From Candidatus Micrarchaeota archaeon (lineage in GTDB: Archaea; Micrarchaeota; Micrarchaeia; Anstonellales; Bilamarchaeaceae): 64,000 nucleotides of DNA. Below, one piece after another: positions 29,151-38,226 of this stretch. The notes beneath the pieces were generated by a model. It saw nothing but the letters and a program-made list of their open reading frames with translations, was not told the DNA's origin and searched no databases. A program made the position numbers and the translations under genes. Positions within the stretch are counted from its first letter, which is position 1; every line of letters starts with the position of its first letter. The stretch spans positions 17,604 to 81,603 of the forward strand of contig JBDRPL010000009.1 in the NCBI GenBank assembly GCA_043827025.1. Reading direction: 5' to 3'.

Positions 29151-29332
29151 TGCAGGGGGCAGGAAATTCCGTTTCCAGTTCCCGGTTTTCGGTTTTGGAA
29201 ACTTTTGAACCTGCGGACTCACTAAGAGACTGGATGTCTTATTGCTTTTTAGCAACCGTGTTTTTGGGCTGCCTTTTTCCTAAAAAGGCAGACTTAAGTC
29301 CAGCGCGTTTGACCGAGCTCTGCCACCCCTGC
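29151..29332 (-). tRNA. tRNA-Leu(TAA) with two introns (37/38: 29292-29236; T-loop 59/60: 29203-29165)
   Basis: Spliced GCAGGGG-TG-GCAGAGCTCGGTCAAACGC-G-CTGGA-CTTAAG|A-TCCAG-long variable arm-GCAGG-TTCAAA|T-CCTGC-CCCCTGC-A; BHB motifs at both junctions. Confidence 0.92.
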
Positions 29333-29498
29333 GAACGAAGTGAGCAGGGGGCATTGACCAATAGGCCAATCCAACCCCTGCATGCAGAAGATAAAAATAC
29401 CTACGAACAATTAATAAAAGATGTACAATCCGGTTTCAATTGCGTTTTTGCAAACATTTAAGTCTATTATCATATATGTTTAATTATGGTATTAATTT

Positions 29499-30290
29499 AT
29501 GCAGATGCGTTATCGAAAAGAAAGGCATGGTTTTCAAAAGCCAAATGTACTTGGCATCCCAGGCCATGTCTTCGGCAGGCATTGGCACCAGAGGAGAGGC
29601 GCTAAGGTTCCATCTGATAATGCTGAGATGAGAGACGAAGTTCATATCCGATGGCCCACTGCCATAGAAGTAAAAATGCATCTTTTTCCTGGTAGATGCC
29701 CCTTCATCTTGCCTAATGATGATCATTGGGGTGTAACTCGTACAAAACTTGATGAAATTGAAATGGCTCAGCAGTTTCCAATCTCGGTTCACTGCAGAAC
29801 TCTTGTGTCTCAAGTAATCATGCCGGTTATCCTTTACTGGGGTTGCGGCAGGGGAACTGCGGTTCGAACTTTGGCAGAAGATCCTGAAATCAAGGGAAGA
29901 GCCCTTATTTTTGGCTATGGTGACCTTTAGTACTCCGAATGGAATGAAATTCAAGGAGTCAAATTCCTCTTCTTTGTCAAAGAACATCTTGCAGAATACT
30001 TCAGAAGGATGAAATTACGTATAGATTTTATTTTCAGTAATTGTGCAGTGGATTATCTGCATGGACAGGTTTTAATAGATCATTTGACGGATTTGGCCTC
30101 GGTGATGTCTCCGGGCGGAGTTCTTCTTTTTCCAGGAATGTGTAATCGACCTGAAATGACCAGGCTTATGGATTTATTTGATGAACTGGGTCCATACCCC
30201 GCTGCTTGCAGTGAAATCCAGTTCATCAAAGCTGTGACCGAATGGGGCATACCCTATCAGCTTGCTGTGGGGTCCCTTCGGTCACATTGA
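29499..30290 (+). pseudogene. Class I SAM methyltransferase-like gene with one in-frame TAG (29928-29930)
   Basis: Motif I YWGCGRG in 29499..29930 and IDFIFSN / SPGGVLLF in 30009..30290 share a frame; the linker YSEWNEIQGVKFLFFVKEHLAEYFRR is open. Confidence 0.7.
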
Positions 30291-30411
30291 TTTGAGATTA
30301 GAACAATCGATTATGAACATGGCGGTCTTTCTCTTCCATCTGCATATGTCCTTACCAAAAAGCCAGAAACTGGAAACCCATGATCCAAGACGCTGGACTC
30401 TAGACTGGAGA

Positions 30412-31713
30412 CTAATACAAATATCCCCACATGGCCAGCCTGTCGCTGTCTTCTGCCCACTTGGCGCCTATGTCTGTCCTGTAGAACATGTTTGGTATAA
30501 TTATGTTCTTTATCCTGTTGTAGACCAGCCTTCTTGTTTCCTCCATGGTGGTTCCGGAAGCTGTTATTATGAGTGAATAGCCGCAGTTGCCTGCAAGCCT
30601 CCAATCATTCTCAACCAGTTTCACATCTCCAAGGTGGACTCCGTCCATATTGGATTTCTTGAAGATTATGGATGCATCTTCTGAATATCTTTTGAAGGAT
30701 TCAGGGTCATTGAAAGGGAATGGAGGCACTGCAATCACAACTCCTATCTCAAAAGCCCTTTTAGTCCTTAATTCTGGCTTCTCTTTTTTGGCCATGCCGT
30801 AGAGGAACGTGCCCCATTCATTCAGTACGCCTTCCATGACAATGCTTATGTGGGGATAGCCGAATCTGCTTGTGAATTCAAGAGGATATATTCCTCGTGA
30901 GTTGGCGATGCAATTTATGTCTATGTATCCAACGTAGCCGCATGCTGCCAGTTTCTCTTTCATCTTTAGTAGTGTCGCATCAAACAGCGGGCTTCTGTTG
31001 GTGAAGAACATCGAAGTGCCCATCTCCCCAGTACTTGGTCCTATGTCCCCGGGAAACATTCTTTTGTGTTCGAAATTTATGTTTATTGGGTAAAGGAACT
31101 CCTCGCCATTGAAGAATGCTCCCACTGCAACTTCGACACCAGAGATGTGTTTCTGTATCTGGAATTCCTTTATTTTTTTGCCCCAGTTTTTCTTGTACCT
31201 TTCAAGCATCTCTACGATGTCTTTTCCATCATCTTCCTGTCCGACAAACAGAAGTTCCTTTTCGTTCTGCGCTATTCCGCTTGGCTTTAACACATACCTA
31301 TCAGGAGTCTTTACAATGAATTCCACTGCATCGTCAAAATTGGTGAAATTCCATCTTGGGATTATGTTTATGCCAACTGATTTCATCTCGGATTGGCCAA
31401 ATTCCCTGTCCATCTCCAGTTTGTCAGTATAAACGCTTCCTCCAACTACAGGTTTCCCTGATTTTCTTAGTTTCTCTGCATCTTCGCCAAATCCAAAATC
31501 ATCGAATACAATCAGGTCTGCCCAGTCCACATGTTCCTTCCAGTTGTCAACTTTATCTACAAATCCATCGCAAACATCTTTCTGGTCTTCTTCTTTAATG
31601 TAATATTTTACCTCATGGCCTTCTTTTTTGATGGCCCAAGCCATATCGCCTATAAGCGCATCAATTGAAACAAACAGTATTTTCAATGTTTTTTTATGAT
31701 TGTTGCCATTCAT
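30412..31713 (-). CDS. PurD/GARS-like ATP-grasp ligase
   Basis: KLEMDR.FG, YVLKP, GPSTGEMG, LEFTSRFGYP, YRTDIG. Confidence 0.85.
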   Translation of the reverse strand: MNGNNHKKTLKILFVSIDALIGDMAWAIKKEGHEVKYYIKEEDQKDVCDGFVDKVDNWKEHVDWADLIVFDDFGFGEDAEKLRKSGKPVVGGSVYTDKLEMDREFGQSEMKSVGINIIPRWNFTNFDDAVEFIVKTPDRYVLKPSGIAQNEKELLFVGQEDDGKDIVEMLERYKKNWGKKIKEFQIQKHISGVEVAVGAFFNGEEFLYPININFEHKRMFPGDIGPSTGEMGTSMFFTNRSPLFDATLLKMKEKLAACGYVGYIDINCIANSRGIYPLEFTSRFGYPHISIVMEGVLNEWGTFLYGMAKKEKPELRTKRAFEIGVVIAVPPFPFNDPESFKRYSEDASIIFKKSNMDGVHLGDVKLVENDWRLAGNCGYSLIITASGTTMEETRRLVYNRIKNIIIPNMFYRTDIGAKWAEDSDRLAMWGYLY

Positions 31714-31830
31714 ATCTATATTGGGGGACAAATATTTATTTGCATTTTGGTATTTTTGCAGATGTATCCATTTTTTTACAACAATCCACAAAAATAAGCT
31801 TTTTATATGCTCCTATTGTAGTTTATACAA

Positions 31831-32619
31831 ATGGATCAGCTCAAAGGCATTGCTTTGCGCAATTACAATGGTGATAAGCGCGAAGGTTCTCGGCACGCAT
31901 ACATTTTGAATGAGCTTAGAAAAAGAGGCTGCAAGCCTATTGTGGATTCCCATATGAACATTTGGGTGGAAAAAGGGAAAGGCAGGCCAGTTGCCTTGTT
32001 TTCTTCGCACATGGATATTGATCCAAAGATAAAAAAGCCGGTTTTCAAGGAAATTAATAAAAAGGGCCGCAAATCTGTTTTTGGAGTTTTGGATAATTGT
32101 ATAGGTTGCCACATCAATCTTGTTCTTGCAAGCAAAAAGCCGAAAAAAGGCACAGCGATTTACGTTTTTACAGCTTCTGAGGAAGTCAAATGGAATTGCC
32201 CGAGAATTTTCTCCCGCAGTGCCAAGGAAGTGGTTACTGAGCTTAAGCGCAGGAATATAGAACCAGATTTTTGCATTGCCATTGACGTTACTTATCCTAG
32301 GCAGATACGGGTCCACAAAGGTCAGGACCTAAACAAGAACTATAAAAAATTTTTTGATATTTCAGACAAGACTCACTGCTATGTTGATTGCTATGCCAAC
32401 CAGGTTTCAAGAAAGCTTGGGAAGTCTCTTGTCAGAAAATTCAATGACTCAAAAGTCAAGTTCCGCAATCTTCATGGCCATGATGAATCTTATGTCTATG
32501 GTAGGATTGCGCCTTCATTTGGTTTCGGGCCGGTTGTTTACGGTGCATTCGACAAGCCGAAACAGCTGATGCCCCTGTCGCACATGAAGAGCGCAATACG
32601 TTTTTTGCGAAAGTTTTAA
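31831..32619 (+). CDS. M28/M42-like zinc peptidase family protein
   Basis: SSHMD, LDN..G, FTASEE, IAIDVT motifs. Confidence 0.7.
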   Translation: MDQLKGIALRNYNGDKREGSRHAYILNELRKRGCKPIVDSHMNIWVEKGKGRPVALFSSHMDIDPKIKKPVFKEINKKGRKSVFGVLDNCIGCHINLVLASKKPKKGTAIYVFTASEEVKWNCPRIFSRSAKEVVTELKRRNIEPDFCIAIDVTYPRQIRVHKGQDLNKNYKKFFDISDKTHCYVDCYANQVSRKLGKSLVRKFNDSKVKFRNLHGHDESYVYGRIAPSFGFGPVVYGAFDKPKQLMPLSHMKSAIRFLRKF

Positions 32620-32644
32620 ATAACATTGTATTTAATGTTATTTT

Positions 32645-33199
32645 ATGTACAAACTTCAAGGGCCAAGAAGATTACCCAAGTCGCACATTATGTGTGTTAT
32701 CCGGGATCATCCCCCACGACCTGAAGATATAATGGGCAGATCTCATTTGCAGGTATCAAAGGGTACTGGAATTTCCAGAGACTATGCGAATCAATTTAAT
32801 TCTATTTTCAGTGCACTGCTGATCTTTATTCGGTTTAAGTCGCTAGGTCGGGATCCAAACTTTGCAATTAATAAAATCAGGCAATTCATATCAAAGACTG
32901 TGCACTATCAGGTTTTTCTGAAAAGTAAGTTAGCTCTTTATGCCAATACGCCTTCTGGAGCGGCAATGGATGCGGATTCGACATTGAGGACATTATGTTC
33001 TCCCAAACAAAAAATAAAAATGCTTGACCATCTTGTTGATTCCTTACATACTACTGGATCAGAAAGTTCTCTTGACATTATCCGTATTCTTGATGTTGTT
33101 TTAGAGGCGTTTTCATTGATTTACTCTCGAAAAGAGGGTGCCAAGATTTTGAAACAGATTGCTGACACAAGGGATGACTTGGCTGCATCTTTAAAATGA
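32645..33199 (+). CDS. Orphan hypothetical protein
   Basis: 184-aa ORF with basic N-terminus; TATA-like TTTTAAATA upstream. Confidence 0.55.
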   Translation: MYKLQGPRRLPKSHIMCVIRDHPPRPEDIMGRSHLQVSKGTGISRDYANQFNSIFSALLIFIRFKSLGRDPNFAINKIRQFISKTVHYQVFLKSKLALYANTPSGAAMDADSTLRTLCSPKQKIKMLDHLVDSLHTTGSESSLDIIRILDVVLEAFSLIYSRKEGAKILKQIADTRDDLAASLK

Positions 33200-33218
33200 C
33201 TTCATTCAATTTCCTGCG

Positions 33219-34253
33219 CTAGTCGTCACCCATGAATTTCAATGGCTTGTTCTTTTTGTGCTTCAGCGCCTTTTTGATGACCTTGGAGAATACCCAGACG
33301 AGGAAGATTACAAACACCACGAGTATTCCTATTATCGTTTCTCCTGAAACCTGAAGCAGAACTCCCAGGTTCGTGATAGTATTGTAGGCCATATGCACTA
33401 TTATTGCAGGTATGACTGCAAAAGGAAGGTACTTGTCATCATTTGGATCTTTGTTCTTTCGTATAAGGCCCACGATTCCACCCGTTATTCCAGTGAAAAC
33501 CCCGTGGAGCAAACCGCTTCCGAATATCCTCAAACCCACCAGGCTAAGCCATGGCACAAGCCCGATTTCAAATGGAGAATAAAATGTATAATATCCCCAG
33601 TTTTCCATAAAAGAGAATCCCACACCTATGATAAAACCATAAAGTATGCCATCCATCATGTCATCCATTTCGTGATGGAAAGACATCACAATAACTCCGC
33701 TTCCCTTGATTATTTCTTCTATCACTGGGCCTGCGATTGAGATCACTATTGCTCCTGCAATGACTGTTCCGAAAACAGCTGTTAATTCTGTTTCAGCGAA
33801 ATCATTTGCAAAAGCTGAGATGAATGTTGCGATACAACCTAGGAGGAATAATGTAGGCACGAATCTCAAAGGCTCTCTTTCCCTTGAATCAATTATCCAC
33901 ATTATGACTGCGTATGCAAAAGAAAATGCAAGAGCGATTGCGCCGGCAGCAACAAAAGTGAAGATCACCTCTCTTGTGTTTGGCAGGTCTATTGAAATCA
34001 TATAGACATAAATTCCTATGAACGCAAGCCCAATTATCCAGAAATAAATTGAAACAAGGAATGAAGTGATTTTTTGGGAGAAGGTCATTCCAGGCCTGAA
34101 AGGGCGGAACAATGTTTTTGATGCATACTCTCCCTTATACGCCTCGACATTCTTTTGCCTTTTTGAGTAGCGGTACATCAAGTATGCCCCTCCTATGACA
34201 AAGAGGAGCATTATGAATATGAAAACTGTGTCAACGATATAGATATCTTCCAT
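33219..34253 (-). CDS. PrsW-family intramembrane metalloprotease
   Basis: EEIIK, GFSFMEN, LHGVF, VHMAYN. Confidence 0.9.
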   Translation of the reverse strand: MEDIYIVDTVFIFIMLLFVIGGAYLMYRYSKRQKNVEAYKGEYASKTLFRPFRPGMTFSQKITSFLVSIYFWIIGLAFIGIYVYMISIDLPNTREVIFTFVAAGAIALAFSFAYAVIMWIIDSREREPLRFVPTLFLLGCIATFISAFANDFAETELTAVFGTVIAGAIVISIAGPVIEEIIKGSGVIVMSFHHEMDDMMDGILYGFIIGVGFSFMENWGYYTFYSPFEIGLVPWLSLVGLRIFGSGLLHGVFTGITGGIVGLIRKNKDPNDDKYLPFAVIPAIIVHMAYNTITNLGVLLQVSGETIIGILVVFVIFLVWVFSKVIKKALKHKKNKPLKFMGDD

Positions 34254-34259
34254 AATACA

Positions 34260-34976
34260 TCATCCATACATGGACCCAGTAGGCTTCTTGGAGATTATCT
34301 TGGATTTTATCATCTTGTTTTTCATCTGTTTTTCCATGTCTTTGGCTTCTGTTTGAAGCTCTTTTATGTCAATTTTTATGTTCAGTATTTTTGATAGCGC
34401 TAATATGGCATTTGCAGCTGCCTTTGGATCCAATTCGTCCTGGGATGATTCTGCAAGTATTGAAAGTACTGGAAATTTCAGGACTGTTCCCATTGTAAGA
34501 AGAGTTCCTGCGACTCCTGTGGTTGCACCTTCTTTTATTGAGTTGGCTATCTTTTTCTTTTCCAGTTCCTTGACCTTGCCTAGGTCTGTGGATATTGCAT
34601 ATATCTTGTCCTCACCTTCATGCATGCATATGCCTCCAAGTGTGATTGCTTCCTTGGCTTTTATGGACGTCATGTATTCGTATATCTTTTGGGCAAGTTC
34701 CATTGAGGTTGCAACTGGTATGGACATTTCTGAAAGTATGACTACTAGGTTGTATTGTTCTGAATAATGTATTCTTGCTGCTGGGAGTGGAACATAATCA
34801 TGGATGGCTGCGAGTGGTGCAAAGCTTTCGCTTGTTATATAGCCTACGAACTCAAGCTTCAGACTGTCGATTATCTGGCTTGCTGCCACGCTTCCGACAA
34901 GGCCTGTGCCTGGAAAACCGATAATAACAGTAGGATTCTTCGTCTTTATGTCTTTTATTTTGTGGATTTCGACCAT
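34260..34976 (-). CDS. PAC2-family proteasome assembly chaperone
   Basis: GFPGTGLVG, ITLGG, DPKAA. Confidence 0.9.
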   Translation of the reverse strand: MVEIHKIKDIKTKNPTVIIGFPGTGLVGSVAASQIIDSLKLEFVGYITSESFAPLAAIHDYVPLPAARIHYSEQYNLVVILSEMSIPVATSMELAQKIYEYMTSIKAKEAITLGGICMHEGEDKIYAISTDLGKVKELEKKKIANSIKEGATTGVAGTLLTMGTVLKFPVLSILAESSQDELDPKAAANAILALSKILNIKIDIKELQTEAKDMEKQMKNKMIKSKIISKKPTGSMYG

Positions 34977-35042
34977 GGAGGTATAAATGAAGCCAAAGTT
35001 TATATATTATTTGAATCTATCTTATACTATTGAGGTAATGTC

Positions 35043-35213
35043 ATGTCTTGGAAATCACAAAGCGTATCAATGCCAATGACTTCAGCAGGTATTGTAGGCA
35101 TCGCAGCAAATGAACAGCTTGCAGGCATACAGATAGATCCGAGGGTTGTAATCCTGGCAACACTTGTTTTTGTAGGAGTCGTAAAAATAGCAAGCATGCT
35201 TGTGATGGGATGA
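35043..35213 (+). CDS. secG: Preprotein translocase subunit Sec61beta
   Basis: Read directly: MSWKSQSVSMPMTSAGIVGIAANEQLAGIQIDPRVVILATLVFVGVVKIASMLVMG*; SAG...IDP plus TM pattern; GAGGT SD. Confidence 0.8.
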   Translation: MSWKSQSVSMPMTSAGIVGIAANEQLAGIQIDPRVVILATLVFVGVVKIASMLVMG

Positions 35214-35220
35214 ATTTTTA

Positions 35221-35973
35221 CTAATCCTTTATTTGGTCCCACATAAACTCGAAGAATTTTTTATATCCATCAGCCAGTTTTCTGCCTTTCATCACGAATT
35301 GAATCGGCTCTTCGTCTAATTGGCCTGGCCCGATACCTACAAATGTAACTACTCGGTCGCCAAATATGTCAACTGCAGTCTGGCTCGAATATTTTTTCGG
35401 AAAGAATTTGTACGGTTTGTCGACCAGTTTCAATATCTCTGGTTTCTGCTCCTTTACTTCGTAATCGAAAATGTGCCTGAACTCAATTCCTCTTTTTTTC
35501 CGCTCCTGGTCGAACTTAACCAGAAAATGCTTGAGTCTTGGGTCAAGCCAGAATGCCTTTGCCCCTATGAAATAAACAGTCTCGCCAGTGTCAAGTATGT
35601 CCTGCAAATACTGCTTGAAACCATTGATTCCTTTATAGACATAAGCCGTTTCGTCTTCTTCATACCTATTGAATTTCTTTTCCAAATCCGGCAGTATCTC
35701 ATTTAGCTTCTTTTCCTTTTCCTGTATCAAATCCAATAGCCGAGAAGGGTGAATGGCGTGATACTCTTTTCGGTTGTGAATAAATGTTTCAGATATTAGC
35801 CCTTTTTCCAGCAGTTTGGCAAGCACATCATAGATATTTCTTCTATGGACTTTTGATTTGGTCGCCATTTGCTCTATTGAAGAGCTTCCCAATGACAGGA
35901 GTGATTCATAGACCTTGGATTCATTTTGGCCAAGACCGAGTTCTTCTAATATTTTCTCATACATGTTTCTCAC
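35221..35973 (-). CDS. TrmB-family transcriptional regulator
   Basis: LGL...ESKVY..LL..G, IYDVL..L.EKGL wHTH plus PLD-like effector domain. Confidence 0.88.
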   Translation of the reverse strand: MRNMYEKILEELGLGQNESKVYESLLSLGSSSIEQMATKSKVHRRNIYDVLAKLLEKGLISETFIHNRKEYHAIHPSRLLDLIQEKEKKLNEILPDLEKKFNRYEEDETAYVYKGINGFKQYLQDILDTGETVYFIGAKAFWLDPRLKHFLVKFDQERKKRGIEFRHIFDYEVKEQKPEILKLVDKPYKFFPKKYSSQTAVDIFGDRVVTFVGIGPGQLDEEPIQFVMKGRKLADGYKKFFEFMWDQIKD

Positions 35974-36182
35974 AACAATGCAATAAGTTCTTCCTTCGAA
36001 AGGCCCATGACTCTCAGAATTTGCAAAAGGGTTCCTTTTTTGAGTTCCTTATGCTGAGGGATAACGAGAAGTACAGATTCCTTTTTTAGAATAAGGTGGC
36101 TGCCTTTTTGCCTGGTTATTGCAAAACCGATTTTTACTGCCACTTTGGTAAGTTCTGCACCGCTTATAACTGGCAGTTTCAT
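35970..36182 (-). CDS. hicA: HicA-family toxin (mRNA interferase)
   Basis: GF...RQKGSH, VIPQH.EL..GTL..IL. Confidence 0.92.
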   Translation of the reverse strand: MKLPVISGAELTKVAVKIGFAITRQKGSHLILKKESVLLVIPQHKELKKGTLLQILRVMGLSKEELIALL

Positions 36183-36186
36183 ATCT

Positions 36187-36414
36187 TCACGAAGAGAATG
36201 CGGATGGTTCTACGACAGTAATGTTCTTTAGGATTGATCGAAGCTTGGAACCTTCTATCTCTTCCATGTATACCTCTGCAGCTTCCTTTATGTTGGCGAA
36301 TGCTTCCTCTTTTGTTTCTCCTTGTGAGATGCAACCTGGAAGTTCAGGAACATATACGGTATATCCGCCTTCTTCTTGTTTTTCCAAGACTACATGGTAT
36401 TTCATATTATTCAT
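36187..36414 (-). CDS. hicB: HicB-family antitoxin (short, no DNA-binding domain)
   Basis: GGY.V.VPELPGCISQGET.EEA..NIKEA. Confidence 0.92.
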   Translation of the reverse strand: MNNMKYHVVLEKQEEGGYTVYVPELPGCISQGETKEEAFANIKEAAEVYMEEIEGSKLRSILKNITVVEPSAFSS

Positions 36415-36522
36415 TATATTCCACCTTGTTTTTATTCTTACTGTTTTTCTTATGGTGATAAATGCCACCAACATTATTTAAGTATTCCATATGTCATAAT
36501 AAAAATCAAAAGGTGTTTTTAT

Positions 36523-37191
36523 ATGAAAACAAGAAATCGTATAACAAAGATTGCAACTGCGACTGTAGCAGCAATAACAATCGCAGCATTATGTTTTCCA
36601 TTCAAGGCAAAAGCTGACGAGCTCTCGTTAACTCGAGGAACTGCAGCACAACTTTTTTATCAAACTAACAGAGAACAAAGACAGAAAGTAGGAATAGGAT
36701 TTGATTCGACTTTCAGTTTAAGGGATTTTTCACTTGGTTTAGGTACTTCTGTTGTTTCTGAACTTGGAAAAGGTAACACTTCGCTTGAACGGGCAGGTCT
36801 TTCATTCGGTTTTCCGCTTCCTTTTGGTCTGAGTGCAACAACCTATGCTCAGATATATCAGTTCTTAGGTGGACAACGTGCATTTGGCGGAGTGCTTCAT
36901 TTGCCCTTAGGACAAGTGACTTTGCAAGCTGGTGGAGAAAGAGATGTTGCAGGTGCAACCCCTGTTTTTGCAGGCGCGGATTTTCCCATTGGACCAGTTC
37001 TTATTTCACCAACAGCAATAGCTCCAATGGTTGATGGACAAGATTATCCTAACCTAGGAGGAACAGTAAAACTAACCTGGAAAACAAAAGTAGCAAATTT
37101 CTTCCTGCAGGTTTTTGGAATGACAAATCCAGAGAAGAAAGAGCTTTTGGCAGGAAATGTGCAGGCAGGAGTGGAAATTCCAATCAACTAA
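36523..37191 (+). CDS. Secreted beta-strand-rich protein (beta-barrel-like)
   Basis: AGGTG SD; signal peptide ending A-K-A; alternating amphipathic strands to the C-terminus. Confidence 0.7.
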   Translation: MKTRNRITKIATATVAAITIAALCFPFKAKADELSLTRGTAAQLFYQTNREQRQKVGIGFDSTFSLRDFSLGLGTSVVSELGKGNTSLERAGLSFGFPLPFGLSATTYAQIYQFLGGQRAFGGVLHLPLGQVTLQAGGERDVAGATPVFAGADFPIGPVLISPTAIAPMVDGQDYPNLGGTVKLTWKTKVANFFLQVFGMTNPEKKELLAGNVQAGVEIPIN

Positions 37192-38214
37192 TCAATCTCT
37201 GGCCTCTAAAACAAGTATCTTATTTCTTTTTGCCCCGCTTAATTTAAGCGCCTTAATCAATTCAGACAATTCAGTTATTGGAACCAATTTGTCTCCTGCT
37301 TTGACTTTGAAATCTATCCCCTTTTCAGGGTAAGGCAAATCGATTATCATTCCATTTCCGAATTTTTGCTTCGGAAGCGAGTCAAGTTCTTTGATTGCCT
37401 TATACAACTTTCTGTTTAGTATTCTTTCAACAAACTCCTTTCCGCTTGTTTTTCTCAGAAGCATCAATGCCTCGTCATCCCCAAGTCCTAGGAATTCTTC
37501 CGCATTTATGTCCTTGTTTTCAATTGCCATTTCAACAGCTTTGCGGAACATTGCAGCCGCTATCCTGGTCGTCTTATGCAGATAAACGGTAGAGAACATC
37601 ATGAATCTTGCAATCAGCAATGTCTCGGCAGCTTCCAGCCCCCTTTCTTCAATACAAAGTTCGCCGTTTTCAATACAGAGCGTGTGGGTGAGCCTGTCAG
37701 TATCAATTATTCCATAGGCAACTCCTGTATTGTGGGCGTCCCTTGTCAAATAATCCATCCTGTCAGCACCAAGGTCTGATGTAACTATTTCACCTTTCTT
37801 GCTTTCACCTATTCTCCATATTTCTTTTGCAGAATGATTTTCATTTAATATGTCTGCTATTTCTTCTTTACAAACTTTTTGTTCTCCGATTTTTTCATGA
37901 TCTCCAAGGTATGTTTTCAATATTTTTTCAGAATCATGTGAGAATGCAAGATGGCCGATGTCATGCAGTAATGCATAGAGCCTCAGCTCTTGTTTTTCTT
38001 CATTGCCTATCTGAAGCTTGTCTGCTATCTGTGAAGTCAGATGCATTGTGCCGAGCGCATGGGCAAATCTCGTATGTGTTGCTCCTGGATAAACAAGGTA
38101 GGTGAGTGCCATCTGTTTTATCCTATGTAGCCTTTGGAATTCTGCAGTATCTATCAATCGCTTTTCTGTTTCTGAAAAAGAAATAGTCCCGTAAATTTCA
38201 TCTTTGATTATCAT
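37192..38214 (-). CDS. HD-domain phosphohydrolase (SAMHD1/dNTPase-like)
   Basis: FQRL..IKQ, HTRFAH, LLHDIGH, ADRMDYL.RD. Confidence 0.9.
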   Translation of the reverse strand: MIIKDEIYGTISFSETEKRLIDTAEFQRLHRIKQMALTYLVYPGATHTRFAHALGTMHLTSQIADKLQIGNEEKQELRLYALLHDIGHLAFSHDSEKILKTYLGDHEKIGEQKVCKEEIADILNENHSAKEIWRIGESKKGEIVTSDLGADRMDYLTRDAHNTGVAYGIIDTDRLTHTLCIENGELCIEERGLEAAETLLIARFMMFSTVYLHKTTRIAAAMFRKAVEMAIENKDINAEEFLGLGDDEALMLLRKTSGKEFVERILNRKLYKAIKELDSLPKQKFGNGMIIDLPYPEKGIDFKVKAGDKLVPITELSELIKALKLSGAKRNKILVLEARD

Positions 38215-38226
38215 GCTCTCGCCAAA

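Noticed and set aside
29125..29305. Group I intron-like core on the + strand (TGCAGG/CCTGCG, AGAGACTG, AAGTCC)
   Set aside because: These pairings are the reverse complement of the two-intron tRNA-Leu; J8/7 does not fit and no host exons are apparent.
29150..29461. 103-aa ORF on +
   Set aside because: Antisense shadow of tRNA-Leu and its leader.
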